The notes below the pieces were generated by a model. It ran no database searches. It had not been told where the DNA came from and saw nothing but the letters and a program-made list of their open reading frames with translations. A stretch of DNA of 63,856 bases, the filler included, from Craspedostauros australis (lineage: Eukaryota), in assembly GCA_030167865.1 (NCBI GenBank). It is 13 parts of 13 records of this genome, joined end to end, with 100 filler letters (N's around TTAATTAATTAA, not from the genome) between each part and the next. Parts side by side here need not be neighbours in the genome. Positions count along the whole stretch, not along the records: positions 56,978 to 62,647 come from JALAGF010000543.1; positions 62,748 to 63,856 come from JALAGF010000548.1; 11 more parts are not named here. One strand, given 5' to 3'. Position 1 is the first letter of the stretch, and every line of letters starts with the position of its first letter. Position numbers and translations under genes: made by a program. Positions 57,785 to 63,856 of this stretch are shown piece by piece.

Positions 57785-58030
57785 AAGGGATAGAGTGTGC
57801 ATATGGAGGGAAGGCAGTGTGTGCTGATTGAGACATGGACGAAGCTCAACATCCCAGGGCATGAATGGGAGCAGAACCGAGAACAAGGCAGTGTGAAAGT
57901 CAAGGCGGGGGTGAAGATCTGGATTACCCACCAACCCACAACTCTGGATTTCGACCACTGATCCACAGCCCAGATGAAGCATCATCATCACCATGCCTAC
58001 TGCTACCGCGCAATCCTCAACATCTCTTCG
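57785..58030 (+). repeat. Second copy of the 54320-54615 dispersed repeat
   Basis: Direct similarity. Confidence 0.75.
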
Positions 58031-58845
58031 CACCCAACCGCCTTGCCCACGCGAAATGTGAGTCTGTCGATCAAGGGCACGACTGGACAGCAAGCTGAAG
58101 CACGACTGGTGATTCCCAACACAATTTGCCCTTTTGCGTCCGCATGCTATACGTGTCTAGTCGTAGATTAATGCGAAAAATATAAACTTTTTAACTATAA
58201 GGTCCAGGCGTCTAATATTTCACATATATACCCTCCACAACATAATAGGATTAAATCTGTCATTGAATTAAAAATCGGCAAGAATGTACTATCGTATCCT
58301 GAATGGGGTCGTATGCGTTGGAAGAAGCAGCGCCTGGCAGTGTGATGTTGGAATTCGCGTGGATTTGTGTGTGGATTTGGTGGTGTTGTGTCATTTGTGT
58401 CATTTGTTGACTGTTCCGCCAAAAACGTCAGTATCAGGGTTGTGTGTATTGCGACAACGATCGTATTTCATGTCACCAATGCAACAGTAAAATCGGATCA
58501 AGCTCAATTCGCAGCACCTTCCATTGCGTTGATGTGACCAGGCCAGACAGGCCGCACTGTTGGTAAATGAATTGCTTGCGGCCGATTACTGCGATACTTG
58601 TATCCACTCCGCTGCTCTTTGCTTGTTTACATGGATGCCTGACTGGACTTCAATTTTGGCACCCTTTCACGACTTCACATCGCCAACTCTCTTCGCTACA
58701 CTACCAATACCATGCATATTCTAGAGAGCATGCTACACTTGCATCCCTCCACCTATTGCATTTCATCACACTGTCCCACGTCAATTCCATTGTCACCCGT
58801 ACATAGTCATGCTCTACCACCACGGCACTCTTCCAACTCAATAAC

Positions 58846-60480
58846 TCATTCATCATTGCGATACGGTTGAAACCGCGATACATCGACGAACCGTCGGTTG
58901 AGATACCACGCGCTCGTCCCGCCGCCCCGTGCATTCTCCTCGCGATGGGCTGCAAAGAGATGCGCATATTCGCGATTCCAATTCTCCACAGAGGTCCAAT
59001 CTTGCGCGTTCTTTTCCCAAATGATGTCCGTCACCATCTCGCGGTGCTGCGATGCCGCCGTGAAGGCCTCCACGTAGGCCTCGTGCAACCGCCAGGCCGT
59101 GTCCCATTCGAAGGGGAGGATGCCTGGCCAGTCGCTTGCATCTGTCGTGATTTTGCGTTCCCCGATGATCTTCAACTCCTCCAGTTCCTTCTCGACAAAA
59201 GCGATGGCCTCTTTCGAGAGAGGTGCATCGAAGCTTGCTACCACCTTGCGACTCGGATCGTTGGCATCGTAGGTGGTCCGATCGACGCTGAATTTGAGGC
59301 GGTACGTGTCACGTCCCCAGTCGCTGAGGATGAAGTTGCGGGGGTAGTTCTCGACGAAGCCGTGCGATTGGAAGATCTCCGGCGTGCCGAACCATTGGTG
59401 CTTATTGCCGCAGAGGTTGCACGCGTTGAAGGAAGTGGAGAGTGTGGTGTTCGGTCGGTTGATGTGACCCTCTGAGACCACCGCAAAGGCCTCTTTGTTG
59501 ACAAAATCGTGGGCGTTGTAATCGTTGTTGCTGTGCTGGAAGAAGTCAAAGAATGGGATCACAAGATGATTGTTGGCGCGCGATTCCACCAACATCCAGG
59601 CATGCTCGTACAGATCCCAATCGATATAGTACTCCTCATCCTCACGCAACAGCACCTTTTCGCATTGCGTGTAGAGCTTCCGGTTCATGTAGTCGTCGAA
59701 ATGGAGCGGTGCGAGGTTGTCACCCAGGATCTGTTCCAAGAGGTTCTGACCCGCCTCGGTCCACATGGACGGAAGCTGATTTCTGCGCACCGTCTGCAGG
59801 TAGCGCCCGAACGGTGTTTGCTTGCCGTGCGTATTGTTGAGCTCGTGGTACATGTACGAGACGGTCTCGCACACGTCGTGCCTGTTGGTGGGAATGAGCA
59901 TGACGACGATATCGTACGGCATGCGGAACAGAATCTCGCCGTTGCTGATTGGTCCGGTCGTGACCAGGATATGCGGCGAGTACGGATCACCAGGGATGAC
60001 GCGCAACGGCGTGATCGAGGGGTGGATGCGCCCGCCGTTGCTGTTGATCCATGAGATCATGTCTGCGATGATGCCATCCACTTCCTCCACAGTGAACTCG
60101 TGCTCCTGCTTGTTCGGCTGGCTACCTTCATTTCCGTACTCATCATCGTAGTACGCTCTTGTCCTCATCTCGACATGGCTACTTTCGCCGTCTTCATCAT
60201 CGTCGTCTTCGTCGTCTTCATCGTCTTCATTATCATCGTCGACCTCTTCAGCCACGTCGGTCGCCTCTGCAGTCTGCGGCACGCTCTCTGTCGATTCTGC
60301 CTGTGGAGCAGCAGCATCCGCATCAACGTTCGCGGCGTCTGCGGACCCTGTCCACGATGCTGGATCAGCCGCCTTGGCAGCCGCAGCAGCGTCACAACTG
60401 CGCAGTGCAATGATTGCGACAGCCACGAGAGCAAAGAGGGAGCGCATCGCTCTGCGCGGCGAAGGCCTTCTGGAGTTCAT
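58846..60480 (-). CDS. Secreted SET-domain-like (Rubisco LSMT-type) protein
   Basis: Signal peptide, acidic tract, WINSNGGRIHP, GPISNGEILFRMP, PFGRYL...LPSMW, VIPFFDFFQH, PEIFQSHGFVE. Confidence 0.75.
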   Translation of the reverse strand: MNSRRPSPRRAMRSLFALVAVAIIALRSCDAAAAAKAADPASWTGSADAANVDADAAAPQAESTESVPQTAEATDVAEEVDDDNEDDEDDEDDDDEDGESSHVEMRTRAYYDDEYGNEGSQPNKQEHEFTVEEVDGIIADMISWINSNGGRIHPSITPLRVIPGDPYSPHILVTTGPISNGEILFRMPYDIVVMLIPTNRHDVCETVSYMYHELNNTHGKQTPFGRYLQTVRRNQLPSMWTEAGQNLLEQILGDNLAPLHFDDYMNRKLYTQCEKVLLREDEEYYIDWDLYEHAWMLVESRANNHLVIPFFDFFQHSNNDYNAHDFVNKEAFAVVSEGHINRPNTTLSTSFNACNLCGNKHQWFGTPEIFQSHGFVENYPRNFILSDWGRDTYRLKFSVDRTTYDANDPSRKVVASFDAPLSKEAIAFVEKELEELKIIGERKITTDASDWPGILPFEWDTAWRLHEAYVEAFTAASQHREMVTDIIWEKNAQDWTSVENWNREYAHLFAAHREENARGGGTSAWYLNRRFVDVSRFQPYRNDE

Positions 60481-61326
60481 CGGCGTCACACGCAGGACGT
60501 CTCTGTTTTGTTGCGTTGTTCGCAGCTCTTGACGACTGTGGCAGCACAATGTATAATAGTAGGAGATCGTGTGAATAGATCGTGTGAATAGATCGAGTGA
60601 GTAGATCGTATGAGTGCGTATGTTTGTACCAATAGTATGAATGGAGCAGCCCTTTGTTTTATGTAGCACGCGTTTGCCTTCGATGCTCAATGCGTGTCTC
60701 TCTTAGCAATAGAACAGAGTATGGCACGATCCATTGGTATGGATGGTGCCAGACGGACACAGCCTCGCAGAGTGGCAGAGAACGATGCAGGATGGTGCGA
60801 TGATGTCAACGAACTGCGTTCAAGGATCCTCCATGATCGCCACAAACAAACACACACGCGACATCGTGCGAAGATTCGAAGAAATCTTTCGCCAAAAATG
60901 GCACAACGTGAACGAAGAAACGGAAACATTGGAGACTTCGCAAGTACCTAAACACCAACCTACTCACATTTTCCCGCTCGTCGTTCTCGTCCCGAGTCTT
61001 CTCCGCACACCATGCTTGTGCATCAGTGTACATAGGTGGAGTGTGTATGAGCAGAGGTTGCGATGTGTTCGCTTGTCAGGCTGTCTTGCTCGTGCGTATG
61101 GTATTATACATAGATCGTACGGGTATGCCAATTAGCTGTTGCAGGCTGCTCGCATTCTCTCGTGCCCATTCCCTTTCGGACCGTTGTCGCAGATCCAATG
61201 CAACAATAGAGGATTATTCATCACAAATCAAATGTTGCTGCTTTCTCCAGCACACACACATCATACTCGTACATAAGTACGGGAGATACAACGAATGCCG
61301 TCAGCCGAACGAATGAATTGACTGAC

Positions 61327-61431
61327 ATGCCGCCGCTGCTGTCACCACCGTCCGCCGCCCACCACGTCCAAGTCGCCGTCATCGGCGCAGGTGTGATCGG
61401 ATTGGCAATTGCGCGCGCTCTACAGCGATAA
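61327..61431 (+). pseudogene. Truncated N-terminus of an FAD-dependent oxidoreductase (L-2-hydroxyglutarate dehydrogenase-like)
   Basis: MPPLLSPPSAAHHVQVAVIGAGVIGLAIARALQR*; Rossmann GxGxxG motif followed by a stop and (CT)n. Confidence 0.65.
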
Positions 61432-61948
61432 TTTCTCTCTCTCTCTCCCTCTCTCCAGGTGGGACGAATGCTGCTGGCTTGTGTTTCGACACAGGCAAAT
61501 GGTTGGTTGGAGGATCCAACCAGAATGATGATGATGATGATGAGCACCATGTGCACGAAAGACGAGAGTCGTGGAACAACATGGCAAAAGAAGCACGATT
61601 CTCGATTTGTTGGTTGGTTTTGTTCCCGTGCGTGTTTGGGATCAACATCTGTCCTTGGACGGATACATGGATTGAGTCGAAGCGGTCGACGCCGCCAATA
61701 ACAAACGACAATGTTGGATTCTCCACCATCCCCAGAGAGCTCGTACAAAGACTACTCGCACGTGCCACCCTCCGCTCAGACGCATTCGCCATCGCCCCTT
61801 CCTTCTGCCGTCAAATGCTGAACCTTTCACGATGAATCGAATCCGTTTGTGCAAGTAGTAATAATTTGTATGAACTCTGCTAGTCAGTGAAACTAATATG
61901 AAAGTGGCTGGTTGCTGCCATTGTGCATCTTTTGATCGTTGATCAAGC

Positions 61949-62647
61949 TTACATCTTCTTCACGCGAAGCTGAGTCCCCATGTACTTCATCGTCAAGAAG
62001 AAATCGATCTTGCCCTCCGCCGCAACTTCGAACTCGTACTTCGACAAGATGCTTGGCACGACCGAGCTGAGCTCAGCAATTGCCAACGATTGGCCGGGGC
62101 AGCTGCGATTGCCCGTGGCGAATGTCACCATGCTCTTCATCATTTCCTTGGTCGGATTCTCCCATCGACCAGGTTTGAACTGCTCAGCATCTTCAAACAC
62201 CATCTCGTCGCGATGGGCCGTGATCTGCGGCAGAAACACGGCAGCACCTTTGGGGACCTTGACCTTGCGGTTCGAAAGATCGTCAAAGAAGATGAAATCG
62301 CGGCCGGTGAGACGAGCTGGACCCATCGCAGCAACAGGGATCACTCGTTGGGATTCAGTGATCACGCGCTTGAGATGGTCGCTGGATTGCGCCGGGTCAC
62401 CCTGCAACAACGACTGCTGCAGGTGCTTCATCTCGTTGGGATGCTTGGCCAGCAAGACGAGGGTGTTGGAAAGTGCGTATGCCGTTGTGTCGAAACTACC
62501 GATGATCAACAGAAGCAGTTCTGCGATCTGTTCTTGTTCTGACATGCCATGCGCGTTGGACTCGATCACCTTGATCAATGTCTTGCGCTCCGACTTGTTG
62601 GGCTTGTTGCGGTAGGCTGTCAAGACCTTCTTCGCAAAGCCTTGCAT
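61949..62647 (-). CDS. Cytochrome P450, C-terminal part (5' truncated by gap)
   Basis: I-helix GSFDTT, ExxR (ESQR), KPGRW, heme motif FATGNRSCPG. Confidence 0.93.
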   Translation of the reverse strand: MQGFAKKVLTAYRNKPNKSERKTLIKVIESNAHGMSEQEQIAELLLLIIGSFDTTAYALSNTLVLLAKHPNEMKHLQQSLLQGDPAQSSDHLKRVITESQRVIPVAAMGPARLTGRDFIFFDDLSNRKVKVPKGAAVFLPQITAHRDEMVFEDAEQFKPGRWENPTKEMMKSMVTFATGNRSCPGQSLAIAELSSVVPSILSKYEFEVAAEGKIDFFLTMKYMGTQLRVKKM

Positions 62648-62747
62648 NNNNNNNNNNNNNNNNNNNNNNNNNNNNNNNNNNNNNNNNNNNNTTAATTAAT
62701 TAANNNNNNNNNNNNNNNNNNNNNNNNNNNNNNNNNNNNNNNNNNNN

Positions 62748-63856
62748 ATCGAGCCGGATGATGTGGCCAGTGTTGTCTCGTTGCTTGACCTTCAAGCGAA
62801 TGGATCCCATTTTGGGAGAGTCCAGCTTCGTACTGTCTCCCACTTGGACGAATGACTTGATGTGCCGCACGTTGAAGAGAGCGGCGTCTGAATTGACGAT
62901 GTGACACGAAGCTCCACTGTCGGCGAGCCAGGTGTCCTTGTTGACCTTGTCCTTGTGCTTGGTGCTCAGCTCGTGGAGCTGCTCCACAGCTGCTGCAGCT
63001 GTATCGGTCATGAAATTGTCTTCGTCTTCTTCGTCGACGTGGACTCCATATTCGTTCCATGGATTCTCGTGATGTTCGTCGTCGGTCTCATCGGGTAGCT
63101 GCGCGTAGTCCGATGGAATCGTGTTGCTTCGGTGTGATCCTGTGGCTGGATCGTATGGGTGGACGTGTGATCGCTCTCGCAAGAGTACACGCATACATCC
63201 TCCAAGGATGTAATGTAAATCCGTCTCTGGGATCGTTTCCGTGTTGTCCGCTTCCAATATGCGGTTGATGACGACCGAATTGGTGAGGATCTCTTCGATT
63301 GATCCGAAGTTCTCGGATAGGATGGATCCCATCATGTTCACCCATATTGGTCTGAGCACTCCTCGTGCGGTCCCTGCGAACAGTCGCATCCCCGCTTCCA
63401 TTACTGCGTCAAAGATTAGCTGCTTTTGGATTATCAATGCTGTTGCTGTTGCGTTTGGGGTGATGCTGTGACGGAGGAGGTAGTCGGCACTGTTGGGATC
63501 CTCAATATCCGGGAAGTCGATATTCGCTGGATAGACGACACGCTCGTTTGGATTGAAGCTGTCGTCTGGATGGTCTTCAGTTTCGTCGCTGTCATCTTCA
63601 TCGAAGATGCCCGATCTGTTGTTCCCCGCCGCTGGAGGAGGCGGCGCCGCGCCGCGGTTTGTTTCGTTATCTTCATCTGCGCCGTCCTCGTCGGCGTCGT
63701 CGTCGTCGTCGTCGTCATCGCTCATGGCCTCTTCGATGTCGCTATCGTTGGCCTCGCTGTCCATCTCAGCTTCGTCGCCGTATGAACCGATCAGGTTGTG
63801 CGCGTTGAAGCAGCATTCGTAGCTCACTTCGCGTCTTGGATCCACCTCGTGGATGA
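62748..63856 (-). mobile_element. Ty1/copia gag-protease fragment, copy B (same family as 1-1801), frame intact
   Basis: WLADSGASCH; near-identical to 241-480 and 1245-1383. Confidence 0.9.

Overview
Eukaryotic draft-assembly sequence, most likely from a diatom (inferred from CoDi-type Ty1/copia elements, bipartite plastid-targeting peptides, a GT-AG intron and diatom-style low-complexity proteins). It is not contiguous: 13 contigs are joined by 12 artificial 100-bp linkers (N44-TTAATTAATTAA-N44), so neighbourhood arguments hold only within a contig. The small contigs are mostly repeats: copia gag/pol fragments, a LINE remnant, DNA-transposon-like remnants, a tRNA-like element, and a 9-kb satellite contig with 72-, 78-, 74- and ~146-165-bp arrays plus TTAGGG-like motifs. 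The 31.5-kb contig (21932-53420) is gene-rich: a His-motif membrane protein, PPR protein, YbaK/OB-fold/3'-5' exonuclease fusion, MOSC protein, CRAL-TRIO protein, Lnt-like acyltransferase, long coiled-coil protein, DUF6010-like protein, WW/AAA+ ATPase and DUF4336 protein. Other contigs carry partial MCM3, a secreted SET-like protein and a partial P450. The most notable signals are a -1 frameshift cassette and a PDZ-like domain in one copia element, a nucleosome-length higher-order satellite, the tRNA quality-control-like fusion gene with one in-frame UGA, and an extra conserved domain between gag and protease in another copia family. All domain calls come from motif recognition by eye; no database searches were run.
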